Source of the DNA: an uncultured Flavobacteriaceae bacterium
GTDB taxonomy: Bacteria > Bacteroidota > Bacteroidia > Flavobacteriales > Flavobacteriaceae
NCBI GenBank assembly: GCA_964609755.1
Contig: CAZSSZ010000001.1
Span: 1 to 43,474, forward strand
Direction of reading: 5' to 3'
Length of the DNA stretch: 43,474 nt
Shown here: piece by piece, positions 1 to 8,938 of the stretch
Layout of the letters: each line of letters opens with the position of its first letter
Position numbering within the stretch: position 1 is the stretch's first letter
Notes under the pieces: model-generated
Databases searched by the model: none
What the model was told of the DNA's origin: nothing
Seen by the model: the letters and a program-made list of their open reading frames with translations, nothing else
Position numbers and translations under genes: made by a program

Positions 1-1
1 T

Positions 2-2677
2 AGCGGACTTAACATTCGCATTCGTGGGATTACTACAAATGGAAATAACGCCCCCCTAATTTTGGTTGATGGAAACCGTATTGGTGACCTAAACGCCCTT
101 AACCCAAATGACATTGAAAGCATTAATGTGCTTAAAGATGCCACGGCGGGTATTTATGGCGTACAGGCTGCTAACGGGGTCATTTTGATAACCACCAAAT
201 CAGGAAGAAAAAATTCCGAATTGGATGTTCAAGTGGATACTTACACGGGACTTCAACTGACGAGCAAAAAACTGGATTTGATGGATTCGTACGACTTTGC
301 ACAATATGTAAACGATGCAAAAAACAAAACGGAGTTTTTTGTATATCCACAACAAGGTACCGACTGGCAAGACGAGGTGTTTGAAGTAGCGCCTATTTCG
401 GAAGTAAACGCCACAGTAAGTGGTGGAGGAGAAAAATCTGCTTATTCGTTTGGGGCAAGTTATTTAGACCAAGACGGTATTGTGGGCGGAAGTAAGAACA
501 ATTACGAACGCTTAACGGCTCGTATCAATTATCAATACGATATTTTGGATAACCTTAAAGTTACGGCTAACGCATTACATTTTAAGGCTACCAAACAAAA
601 CCTAGCGGAAGGCGGTATTGGCGCGGTACTTTACAATGCTGTAAACATCAACCCGACCATGCCGGTATATGATGAAAATGGTGCTTTTGCCTTAGCAAAT
701 GATATCTCACAAATTGAAATTATCAACCCGCTAGCGCAAATTGCGAATTCATATAGTACTGCGCGTACATCAAAGTGGTCAGGTCTTTTTGCATTAGAGT
801 ATGACTTTTGGGAAAACTTTACTGCCAAAACGCAGTTTAATATTAACCACGCTTCTGTTCTTGAAGATACTTTTAGACCAGAACAATATTACGGAACAGG
901 CAAATCTATTAACACGGTTAATTCTGTTGCTGAGTTAAGTGATTCAGACATCATAAATGAAGTAATTGATAATGGTGCCAATTATGACGACTGGACATTA
1001 GACAGTTATATCACGTATTCCAATTCCTTTAATGATGATCACTATTTAACCGTACTTTTAGGAACATCTTTATATCAAAATAAAGGTCTTTTCTTTGGAA
1101 ATACAGGAAGAACAACAACGGGAACAAATCAATTAGGGCAAACGGTTTGGGACGCAGGAATGACAATAGAACCCCGCTTTAATGCGGCAGCACTTGAGCG
1201 AGGTGATGATTGGTTTGACACGCGTCTGTCATCCGCGTTTGCGCGTGTGCAGTATAACTATAAAGGTAAATACCTTTTCTCTGGAGTTTTCCGAAGAGAT
1301 GTTTCTTCTCAGTTTTCTTCCGAAGATAACAGAAATGTGGGTTATTTCCCATCAGGTTCTATTGGATGGAATGTATCTGAGGAGGACTTTTTACAAAATG
1401 CGAATTGGATTTCAAATTTAAAACTACGCGCTAGTTATGGTGTGATTGGTAACGATCGGATTTCTTCATTTGCCTATTTAAGAAGATTAAATGGTTTGGC
1501 AACAGTTGATCCTGGAAACATTGATAAAATTACTGACCTTGTTTTTGGTAAGGCTCCTGGTAAACTTGATAACCCGTTTTTGAAATGGGAAGAGCAAGAA
1601 AACCTCAACGTGGGAATAGACTTAAGTTTATTCGACAATAAGCTTAGCTTAAGCGCAGATGTTTACCGCAAGAAAACAAAGGACTTATTATTAGAACCCC
1701 AAATTTCGGGTATAACCGGAAGTGGCGCACCAAGTTTTGTAAGCTTGAGTCCTTTTGTAAATGCTGGAACGGTTCAAAACCAAGGGATAGAGTTTTCATT
1801 GGGCTATAACGATAGCATAGGCGATGATTTTAGGTTTAACATCAATTATAACATGACCACCATTAACAACGAGGTGCTTTCACTCAATAATAGAACTACT
1901 CCTGTAGGTGGTGAATATGGTGTAGGAATTAGCCAAACAGGTATAACCCGTATGGCACCTGGTTTTGCACTAGGACATTACTACGGCTATAAAACAGATG
2001 GAATCTATCAAACTCAAACTGAAATCGATGCCTTAGACGCTGCTGCATTTGCACGACATGGGACAGATAAAAATGGTGATAAGGAAAAGTATAGCACTAT
2101 AGGTGAGATTGCTCCTGGTGACTTACGCTTTGTAGACACAAATGGTGATGGTCAAATTACTGCCGATGACCGTACAAATATTGGAGATCCAATCCCTGAT
2201 TTAGAAATGGGACTTAATATTGGGTTTACCTATAAAAACATTGATTTTAGCGCAAGTGCTTTTGCCTCTATAGGGCATGAGTTAGTACGCGATTATGAAC
2301 GTTCAGATTTATATGCCAATCGTGGCACCTATATGTTACGCAGATGGCAAGGTTCGGGAACAAGTAGTTCTGTACCAAGGGCTGTCAATGGAGCAAATGT
2401 AAACTCAGATTTCTTTAATGATTTCCATGTAGAAGACGCTTCCTATGTGCGTTTACAAAATGTTCAAATAGGATATAATTTAACCGACCTGCTTGGAGAG
2501 AATTCAAGTGTTGATAATTTCAGAATCTATGTGTCGGGGAACAATCTATTTACCATTACAGATTATAACGGCTACGATCCTTCTGCAAACAATGGAGACC
2601 CTCTAGGCGGAGGTATTGACAAAGGATTTTATCCGATAGCCTCTACCTATTTACTAGGTATTAACCTTAATTTTTAA
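2..2677 (+). CDS. SusC/RagA-type TonB-dependent outer-membrane glycan transporter, 5' end truncated by the window edge
   Basis: The frame is open from nt 2. Upstream of the listed TTG it reads SGLNIRIRGITTNGNNAPLILVDG..LNPNDIESINVLKDA, which is a TonB-dependent receptor plug motif. A long beta-rich remainder ends in a terminal Phe (..GINLNF). A SusD-like gene starts 5 nt downstream. Confidence 0.93.
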   Translation, partial: SGLNIRIRGITTNGNNAPLILVDGNRIGDLNALNPNDIESINVLKDATAGIYGVQAANGVILITTKSGRKNSELDVQVDTYTGLQLTSKKLDLMDSYDFAQYVNDAKNKTEFFVYPQQGTDWQDEVFEVAPISEVNATVSGGGEKSAYSFGASYLDQDGIVGGSKNNYERLTARINYQYDILDNLKVTANALHFKATKQNLAEGGIGAVLYNAVNINPTMPVYDENGAFALANDISQIEIINPLAQIANSYSTARTSKWSGLFALEYDFWENFTAKTQFNINHASVLEDTFRPEQYYGTGKSINTVNSVAELSDSDIINEVIDNGANYDDWTLDSYITYSNSFNDDHYLTVLLGTSLYQNKGLFFGNTGRTTTGTNQLGQTVWDAGMTIEPRFNAAALERGDDWFDTRLSSAFARVQYNYKGKYLFSGVFRRDVSSQFSSEDNRNVGYFPSGSIGWNVSEEDFLQNANWISNLKLRASYGVIGNDRISSFAYLRRLNGLATVDPGNIDKITDLVFGKAPGKLDNPFLKWEEQENLNVGIDLSLFDNKLSLSADVYRKKTKDLLLEPQISGITGSGAPSFVSLSPFVNAGTVQNQGIEFSLGYNDSIGDDFRFNINYNMTTINNEVLSLNNRTTPVGGEYGVGISQTGITRMAPGFALGHYYGYKTDGIYQTQTEIDALDAAAFARHGTDKNGDKEKYSTIGEIAPGDLRFVDTNGDGQITADDRTNIGDPIPDLEMGLNIGFTYKNIDFSASAFASIGHELVRDYERSDLYANRGTYMLRRWQGSGTSSSVPRAVNGANVNSDFFNDFHVEDASYVRLQNVQIGYNLTDLLGENSSVDNFRIYVSGNNLFTITDYNGYDPSANNGDPLGGGIDKGFYPIASTYLLGINLNF

Positions 2678-2682
2678 TCGTT

Positions 2683-4194
2683 ATGAAAAAATTACTAAAT
2701 ATTTTTATGTGTCTAACGCTAATTACAATAATTAGCTGTGACAGTTTTGTTGAAGTTGAGCCTTCAGGTCCTGTCGCTAACGACTTCTTTAAATCAGAAA
2801 AGGACTACAATGAAGCCCTTATTGGTGCATACGATATCCTACAGGCTACATACTGGAATACATTAGTTAGCGTAGTAGCTTCGGACGACTTTGCTGCTGG
2901 TGGAGACCCAGATACATACGATCAGCCCACACTACAAAATGTAAACCTAATGATACACTCTGAAAGAGATGAAAATCAGATACGGGATGTTTGGGGGCTA
3001 ATGTATGCGGGAATAAATAGAACCAACTATTTATTGGAAAACAAAGGCTTACTTGATTTTGCAGGTAAAGAACAAATTCTTGCAGAAGCATATTTTCTTC
3101 GTGCATACTACACTTTTGAGTTGGTAAAATTCTTTGGAAATGTGCCACTAAAAACAGAAACCCGAGACGGTGTACTACGTATGGTTGATGAGCGTGTGTT
3201 ATTTCAAGAAGAGTTTTCTATTGAACGCGTAGCAGATATCTCAACGGCATATAGTATTATTGAAGAAGATTTAAAGGAAGCGATTCCGAATCTTCCTGTT
3301 AGCCAAAGTTCTCCTTACAAAGCTACCAAAGGGGCTGCTCAAGCCCTGTTGGGTAAAGTCTATTTGTATCACGGAACCTATGATAGTGCCAAATTTGGCG
3401 AAGCGGCTACTGTCTTAGGCGATGTTATTTCTAGTAAAAAATACAGCTTAGCAACAGGTACTGACTATGAGGAACTCTTCGAGATTGGCGGCGAAAATGG
3501 TTCAGAGTCTGTTTTTGAGATTCAATATACCAGTGTTGAAGCCGCTACGTGGGAGTGTATTTCTTGTAGCCAAGGAACATACTTTGTCAAATTTAACGGA
3601 CCTCGTGATTTATCAGATAGTGTATTTGAAAATGGTTGGGGTTTTTGTTTGCCTTCTGTTGAGCTTTACGATTTGTTTGATGCTACTGATAAAAGACGGG
3701 ATGTTACGTTTTTTGATTTGAGGCAGAAAGACGCTAACGACTATGGTGTAACTAGAGACCACACAGGCCTAGCAAACAGAAAGTATATGCCTAGAAAGTT
3801 ACCTGCCAGAGCCGGTTCAGATCCGTTAAATTATGACAATAACTACCGTGCCATCCGCTATGCAGATGTATTGCTGATGGCAGCCGAAGCCGAAGCACAA
3901 AGTGGTGGAGCAAATGCTGAAGACTATTTAAACGAAGTGCGTGCTAGAGCCTATGGCGACAACAGCAATGATTACAGTGCTACCGAAGGTAGTCTGCTAG
4001 ATGCGATTTATACAGAAAGACGCAAAGAATTGGCAGGCGAAGGGCACCGTTTCTTTGACCTAGTACGCACCAAAAAAGCAGCCGCTGCAATTGACGGCTT
4101 TACCGAAAATAAAAATGAACTGTTCCCAATTCCGCTTATTGAGCTGAAGTTAGCAGAAGCGGTTGACCGTTGGAAACAAAATCCAGGATATTAA
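2683..4194 (+). CDS. SusD/RagB-family outer-membrane glycan-binding lipoprotein
   Basis: It has a lipoprotein signal (..LITIISC-D) and sits immediately after SusC. SusD-like features are present (..YFLRAYYTFELVKFFGNVPL.., ..ERRKELAGEGHRFFDLVR.., FPIP near the C-terminus). Size is 503 aa. Confidence 0.92.
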   Translation: MKKLLNIFMCLTLITIISCDSFVEVEPSGPVANDFFKSEKDYNEALIGAYDILQATYWNTLVSVVASDDFAAGGDPDTYDQPTLQNVNLMIHSERDENQIRDVWGLMYAGINRTNYLLENKGLLDFAGKEQILAEAYFLRAYYTFELVKFFGNVPLKTETRDGVLRMVDERVLFQEEFSIERVADISTAYSIIEEDLKEAIPNLPVSQSSPYKATKGAAQALLGKVYLYHGTYDSAKFGEAATVLGDVISSKKYSLATGTDYEELFEIGGENGSESVFEIQYTSVEAATWECISCSQGTYFVKFNGPRDLSDSVFENGWGFCLPSVELYDLFDATDKRRDVTFFDLRQKDANDYGVTRDHTGLANRKYMPRKLPARAGSDPLNYDNNYRAIRYADVLLMAAEAEAQSGGANAEDYLNEVRARAYGDNSNDYSATEGSLLDAIYTERRKELAGEGHRFFDLVRTKKAAAAIDGFTENKNELFPIPLIELKLAEAVDRWKQNPGY

Positions 4195-4219
4195 AAAATT
4201 AATTAAAAAATAGAATACA

Positions 4220-5659
4220 ATGAAACTAGTAAATAAAGGGATTTACATCCTATCATTCCTACTACTAAGCATTCCTTTTGCTTGTACTGAAGAAGATGAT
4301 TTTAGCATCATCGAAGGGCTAAACTTTACGGTAGCTACTCTTAATGCCGAGGGTACCCAAGCAGGTGTACTACCTACTACGGTTCCCGGAGATGGACGTA
4401 TTGTTTATACAGTGGACTTTGGCGACCCTGCGGAGTCTGAAAAAGATGTTTTTAAAACAAGTGGACCTATGGTTACTTACAAGTATCCAAAAGAATCCGC
4501 AACCTATACCATTACGGTTACTGCTGCTTTAGACGGTAAAGATGATGTATCAATTACCAAAGAACATGCTGTTGTTTACGTAGACACTTCAGTTCCTGAA
4601 CCTGAAACCAGTGGGCTTTATGATAATTTTGAAGGTGGTGGAAACATTGACTGGAAAGCCGATGGTACAATCATTAATGCTTCTTTTGCGAATCCTTACA
4701 AAACAGGAAATGATACATGTGGCGTGTTAAAATATGTAGACGATGGAGGTCAGTATGCCAATATTGGATTTAGTGTATCAAAAAACTTTGACTTAAGCGA
4801 AGATGCTGTCTTTAAAATTATGGTATATGTTGAGTCTAGCAGTATTACAGGGTCACAGCCTAACCAGATTTCACTTAAGTTACAAAACGGTGATTTGGCG
4901 CAGTTTTGGACTACTCAAACCGAAATCATAAAGCCTTTAGAATTAGATAAGTGGCAACAAATTACGTTTGATTTTGCAAACGATACGTTTAAAAATTTCC
5001 CAGGTAGCTCGGTAGATGATCCAGTTGATAGAACAGATTTAAACAAAGTAGTAATCCAGTTGAACAGTGAAAACAATACTGACAAGGTTACTGCCTATTT
5101 AGATGAATTTTCATATGGAACTAAGCCAACGGTCGCTGGTGCCTATGCAAATGATGATTTTGAAGGGTGTGACGGTATTGCTTCATGGAAAGGTGATGGT
5201 ACAACTGTTGACAAGGCTTTTGCAAATCCCTATCCAGGGGGAATCAACACTTCTGATCATGTATTAAAATATGTAGACGATGGAGGTCAGTATGCCAATG
5301 TTGGATTTAATGTTACCCCTAACTTTGACTTAAGCAAAAATGCTACTTTTAAGATTAAGGTATACGTTGAGTCAAGTAGTATTACAGGGTCACAGCCTAA
5401 CCAGATTTCACTTAAGTTGCAAAACGGTGATTTGGGAGAGTTTTGGACTACTCAAACCGAAATCATAAAGCCTTTAGAGTTAGATAAGTGGCAAGAAATT
5501 ACGTTTGATTTTGCAAACGATACGTTTAAAAATTTCCCAGGTAGCTCGGTAGATGATCCAGTTGATAGAACAGATTTAAACAAAGTAGTAATCCAGTTGA
5601 ACAGTGAAAACAATACTGACAAGGTCACTGCCTATTTGGATGATTTGGTTTACGAATAG
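4220..5659 (+). CDS. Surface glycan-binding lipoprotein: PKD-like domain plus two tandem ~179-aa CBM-like beta-sandwich repeats
   Basis: It has a lipoprotein signal (..SIPFAC-T) and a PKD-like segment (VYTVDFGD..TYKYPKESATYTITVTA). Two in-frame repeat modules follow, each carrying FANPY..LKYVDDGGQYAN..KVYVESSSITGSQPNQISLKLQNGD..WTTQTEIIKPLELDKWQ..TFDFAND. The position directly after SusCD is typical of an SGBP. Confidence 0.8.
   Translation: MKLVNKGIYILSFLLLSIPFACTEEDDFSIIEGLNFTVATLNAEGTQAGVLPTTVPGDGRIVYTVDFGDPAESEKDVFKTSGPMVTYKYPKESATYTITVTAALDGKDDVSITKEHAVVYVDTSVPEPETSGLYDNFEGGGNIDWKADGTIINASFANPYKTGNDTCGVLKYVDDGGQYANIGFSVSKNFDLSEDAVFKIMVYVESSSITGSQPNQISLKLQNGDLAQFWTTQTEIIKPLELDKWQQITFDFANDTFKNFPGSSVDDPVDRTDLNKVVIQLNSENNTDKVTAYLDEFSYGTKPTVAGAYANDDFEGCDGIASWKGDGTTVDKAFANPYPGGINTSDHVLKYVDDGGQYANVGFNVTPNFDLSKNATFKIKVYVESSSITGSQPNQISLKLQNGDLGEFWTTQTEIIKPLELDKWQEITFDFANDTFKNFPGSSVDDPVDRTDLNKVVIQLNSENNTDKVTAYLDDLVYE
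4610..5656 (+). repeat. In-frame tandem duplication (period 537 nt) inside the binding-protein gene, with mosaic identity
   Basis: Direct comparison shows nt 4734-5107 aligning with 5271-5644 at an offset of 537 nt. Nt 4961-5088 and 5498-5625 are identical (128 nt). Nt 4841-5100 versus 5378-5637 differ at about eight positions. The 5' third of each unit (4610-4733 vs 5147-5270) is much more divergent and contains small indels. Confidence 0.95.
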
Positions 5660-5697
5660 TAAACTATAGTACACCTAAAAGAAAAACAATTTTTTCT

Positions 5698-5735
5698 AAA
5701 CACCACCAGAAATTCACTTCTGGTGGTGTTTTATA
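5698..5735 (+). terminator. Rho-independent terminator-like hairpin after the SusC/SusD/binding-protein block
   Basis: A perfect 14-bp stem pairs 5698-5711 (aaacaccaccagaa) with 5718-5731 (ttctggtggtgttt). The loop is 6 nt (attcac) and the 3' side is T-rich. It lies 39 nt after the stop codon at 5657-5659. Confidence 0.75.
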
Positions 5736-5737
5736 AA

Positions 5738-5745
5738 TAAGTTTG
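5738..5745 (+). promoter_or_regulatory. Bacteroidota-type -7 promoter box (TAnnTTTG) upstream of the 1054-aa gene
   Basis: TAAGTTTG lies at 5738-5745. It is immediately downstream of the terminator hairpin and 14 nt upstream of the ATG at 5760. Confidence 0.4.
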
Positions 5746-5759
5746 TAAGAACCTAATAA

Positions 5760-8700
5760 ATGATAAATATGAAAAACAAGGTTATAAAAGTACTCTTTTG
5801 CCTGCTGATGCTTCCGGCGTTTGCCCAAGTAGAGGTAGTGCAAAACAACAACGGCACCAAGCTCGTTGTTAATGGCGAGGATTTTTTCGTCAGTGGGATG
5901 AATTGGGACTATTTCCCAAGGGGTACCAACTATTCGTTTAGTCTTTGGAACCAGTCTGATGACTTTATCAAAGCAGCTCTCGATGCTGAAATGGGACTCC
6001 TAAAAAACATGGGCGTAAATACCATCAGAACTTATACGGGTATTCAGCCGCGCTGGATTCAGTATATCTATGAAAATTACGGGATATATACCATGCTTAA
6101 CCATTCTTTTGGGCGTTACGGACTAACACTCGACGGGGCGTGGGTTGCCGTTACCGATTATAGAAACCCAAAAGCACAAGAGCTTTTGATGGCAGAAGTA
6201 ACTGCCCTCGCACAGGAGTATAAAGACACCCCCGGATTGCTGTTGTTTTTGCTGGGTAACGAAAACAACTACGGTTTGTTTTGGGCAGGTGCCGAAACGG
6301 AAGACTTTCCTGACGAAGAAGACCAACGCCGCGAGGTGGGCGAAAAGCGTGGTAGACCCATGTATAAACTTATGAACGATGCCGCCAAAGCCATGAAGGC
6401 GATTGACGGTTCGCATCCGGTTGCCATCTGTAACGGGGACTTATTGTTCTTGGATATTATTGCACAAGAGTGTAAAGATGTAGATGTATACGGGACAAAT
6501 ATGTACCGCGGAATTTCGTTTGGCGACACCTTTGAGCGTGTCAAAAATGAGTATGGAAAACCGGTACTCTTTACCGAATTTGGTTCGGATGCCTTTAATG
6601 CGCTTTCCAACAAAGAAGACCAAAAAGCACAGGCCGAATACATGGTCGGGCAGTGGAAGGAAATTTATGCCAATGCTGCCGGATTAGGCAAAACAGGTAA
6701 TTCCTTAGGGGGATTCACCTTCCAATTTAGCGATGGCTGGTGGAAATACGGACAAACCGATAACTTAGAAGTTCACGACAACAACGCTTCATGGTCTAAT
6801 GGAGGCTACCAGTTTGATTACAAACTTGGACAAAACAACATGAATGAGGAGTGGTTTGGTATTTGCGCCAAAGGACCTTCAGATGCTCGTGGGTTATACG
6901 ATTTGTATCCCAGAGCTGCATACTATGCACTAAAACAAGCACACACACTAAATCCTTTTGCAGATAGTGTAGATGCTTCCTTTGTAGAAAATCACTTTGA
7001 CAACATTATGCTAATGGATGCGGTGCTTCGTGCCCGCGCGGATAAAGCCGCTCTTGGGGGAGGCGAAAAAGTTCGTTTGAGCAACCTTAGAGCAGAATTT
7101 ACTTCCTATAATACAGGAGGAACGTTGCTAACTACGCCTACCACACCTAACCCGGAAAGCAATACTTTTCCCGACCAGCTCGGCTTCGATCACATGCAGT
7201 CGTATTTTGTGGGGGTAGAGGGAAATCCTGCCCCGGGAATGCGCGCCGAGGTTAACGTAAATGTTTTGGGAAATGTTGCAACCAATCCTATTGATGAGAT
7301 TTTCTATGAAAATCGTGGGCGTGCACAACGCGTAAACACCCCCGATGGCGTGGTTACCCTAAACGATCCAAACAGAGTGCAGGTCTACAATGCCGAATTT
7401 GAGTGGAATGCCAAAAACTTCGATCTAAGAGGTTTTTACAGAACGGGGCATTATCACTGGGCGTATGAGGGTGATATCTTCAATTTGTATCCCGAAGCCT
7501 ATTATGGACCTAATCTAGACATCTATAACGGTGAAATTTTAGGTGCTGAACTTGACGCCAAAGGCGCACTTTCAGGGCTTAAGGCTGCTTTTGGTCCGCA
7601 ATTGTGGTGGGGTGCAAACCCAACCGTACTCCTAAAATATTCTAAAGACCTCTTTAAGTGGAAGGTAACAGGAATCTACCACAGAGACCTCAATACCAAT
7701 TTGGAATATGATGAAAGCGGTAGACGTATTTTGGATCAAAACCAACTTACTTCAGGGGTAATTCCGGCCTGGCCAACAGAACGTGCTACACTTGCGTTTG
7801 AAAGAACCTTTGGAAACGTTGGCATTACCCTTGGAGGAATTTGGGGCGGTAGCCCACTTAATGGAAGCGGGTTCCAAATGGTAGATAAAAACCTGCACGC
7901 GGTGTTGGTGGATAAAATCAACAGCGAGGATAACTGGGGCGCCAAAGCCAAAATCACTTATCAAAAAGGTAGATTTAACTGGTACGCACAAGGTTCCTAC
8001 ATGGGATTGGTTGCCAATGGTGGCGCAGACCAAACCAAAACCTTTACAGGGTGGAAACTTAAAGATTCAGGCAGTGGAAACATGACCAATGTCTTATCAG
8101 GATTCACGGTATTGACGGGCAATCTTCAAATTGCACCGAACTTTTTGTACCAAAAACCATTGGTTGACCCGATGCCAAACAATCCTTTTGGACCGGGAAG
8201 ACTGCGTAACGTCATTGACGACCCATTTGCAGTTCGTGGTGGAAACAGAGAAACCCTAGGTGGAGAAATCCTTTTCACGTTTGACCCAACTCCAGGCACT
8301 TGGATGTATGAGTGGAACAACGACATGATGGAGGATGCAAAATTTGCTATGAGTGCTGGCTTTGTGTTTAGACACTTGCCCACTACGCAAGATGCGCACA
8401 TTGGGTTTATGGCAAACCGTCAATTCTTTGCCTTTGGCCAAAGTACTCCTGCAGAAGACCTTTGGGAAGCACATGCCCGTATGGTGTCTAAGCTAAGCCC
8501 CGAATTGGGGATGATTGGAAATTTCTATTATGGAAATGGACAAGGTAATGGCGATTCAGACCGTACCATTACTCGTTTTGGAGGCGATATCAGAATGATT
8601 TATAAAAACATGAAAATGATTTCGCATGTTAAAGTTAACGACTGGGGTCCATTTGACTACCACCGTGACTTTAACCTTACGTTCCCATTACAGCTAATGC

Positions 8701-8924
8701 TAGACCTGTCTACTTCGCTTGGGAAGCAAAACTGGTTTGGTTTACCCAACACGCAAATTGGTATTCGTGGTACGTGGAGATCATACAATGAGCATAGCGG
8801 CAACAGATATGCGCCTATGGAAACTGCTGAATTTGCGAAAACGCCTATCATCAGTCCGGTTGGATTTCCAAATGGAACGGAATGGGAAATCAGAACATAC
8901 GTTCATATAAATATTGGCAAATAA
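5760..8924 (+). CDS. Secreted two-part protein: N-terminal clan GH-A (beta/alpha)8 glycosidase-like domain plus a ~650-aa beta-rich, outer-membrane-barrel-like C-terminal region
   Basis: It has an SPI-type signal peptide (..LLMLPAFA-QVE). The N-terminal ~400 aa carry a GH-A pattern: NTIRTY, LLGNENNY (Glu168, nt 6261-6263) and LFTEFGSDAF (Glu273, nt 6576-6578), about 105 residues apart. The remainder is Gly/aromatic-rich with many amphipathic alternating strands (AKAKITYQKGRFNWYAQGSY, GGEILFTFDP, FAMSAGFVFRHL, GGDIRMIYKNMKMISHVKVND, TEWEIRTYVHINIGK). The exact CAZy family was not determined; GH158 or GH5-like are possible. Confidence 0.6.
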   Translation: MINMKNKVIKVLFCLLMLPAFAQVEVVQNNNGTKLVVNGEDFFVSGMNWDYFPRGTNYSFSLWNQSDDFIKAALDAEMGLLKNMGVNTIRTYTGIQPRWIQYIYENYGIYTMLNHSFGRYGLTLDGAWVAVTDYRNPKAQELLMAEVTALAQEYKDTPGLLLFLLGNENNYGLFWAGAETEDFPDEEDQRREVGEKRGRPMYKLMNDAAKAMKAIDGSHPVAICNGDLLFLDIIAQECKDVDVYGTNMYRGISFGDTFERVKNEYGKPVLFTEFGSDAFNALSNKEDQKAQAEYMVGQWKEIYANAAGLGKTGNSLGGFTFQFSDGWWKYGQTDNLEVHDNNASWSNGGYQFDYKLGQNNMNEEWFGICAKGPSDARGLYDLYPRAAYYALKQAHTLNPFADSVDASFVENHFDNIMLMDAVLRARADKAALGGGEKVRLSNLRAEFTSYNTGGTLLTTPTTPNPESNTFPDQLGFDHMQSYFVGVEGNPAPGMRAEVNVNVLGNVATNPIDEIFYENRGRAQRVNTPDGVVTLNDPNRVQVYNAEFEWNAKNFDLRGFYRTGHYHWAYEGDIFNLYPEAYYGPNLDIYNGEILGAELDAKGALSGLKAAFGPQLWWGANPTVLLKYSKDLFKWKVTGIYHRDLNTNLEYDESGRRILDQNQLTSGVIPAWPTERATLAFERTFGNVGITLGGIWGGSPLNGSGFQMVDKNLHAVLVDKINSEDNWGAKAKITYQKGRFNWYAQGSYMGLVANGGADQTKTFTGWKLKDSGSGNMTNVLSGFTVLTGNLQIAPNFLYQKPLVDPMPNNPFGPGRLRNVIDDPFAVRGGNRETLGGEILFTFDPTPGTWMYEWNNDMMEDAKFAMSAGFVFRHLPTTQDAHIGFMANRQFFAFGQSTPAEDLWEAHARMVSKLSPELGMIGNFYYGNGQGNGDSDRTITRFGGDIRMIYKNMKMISHVKVNDWGPFDYHRDFNLTFPLQLMLDLSTSLGKQNWFGLPNTQIGIRGTWRSYNEHSGNRYAPMETAEFAKTPIISPVGFPNGTEWEIRTYVHINIGK
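6960..8921 (+). other. C-terminal beta-rich region of the 1054-aa protein (putative large beta-barrel), approximate boundaries
   Basis: Dyad-repeat hydrophobicity is seen in about 10-residue segments separated by short Gly/Asn/Asp turns. The region is rich in Tyr/Trp/Phe and Gly, and no catalytic motifs were recognised. Against a classical barrel, the last residue is Lys rather than an aromatic residue. Confidence 0.4.
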
Positions 8925-8938
8925 TAAATTAGGAAAAA

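Noticed and set aside
4610-5656. Direct repeats considered as a CRISPR array, IS element ends or a satellite
   Set aside because: There are only two units of 537 nt, both in frame within one ORF and both encoding a folded-domain-like sequence. There are no short repeat/spacer periodicity, no transposase and no terminal inverted repeats.
6269-6643. 124-aa minus-strand ORF, and neighbouring 97-aa and 60-aa ORFs, inside the 1054-aa gene
   Set aside because: They overlap the region encoding the conserved GNE and TEFG catalytic blocks on the opposite strand and have no independent support.
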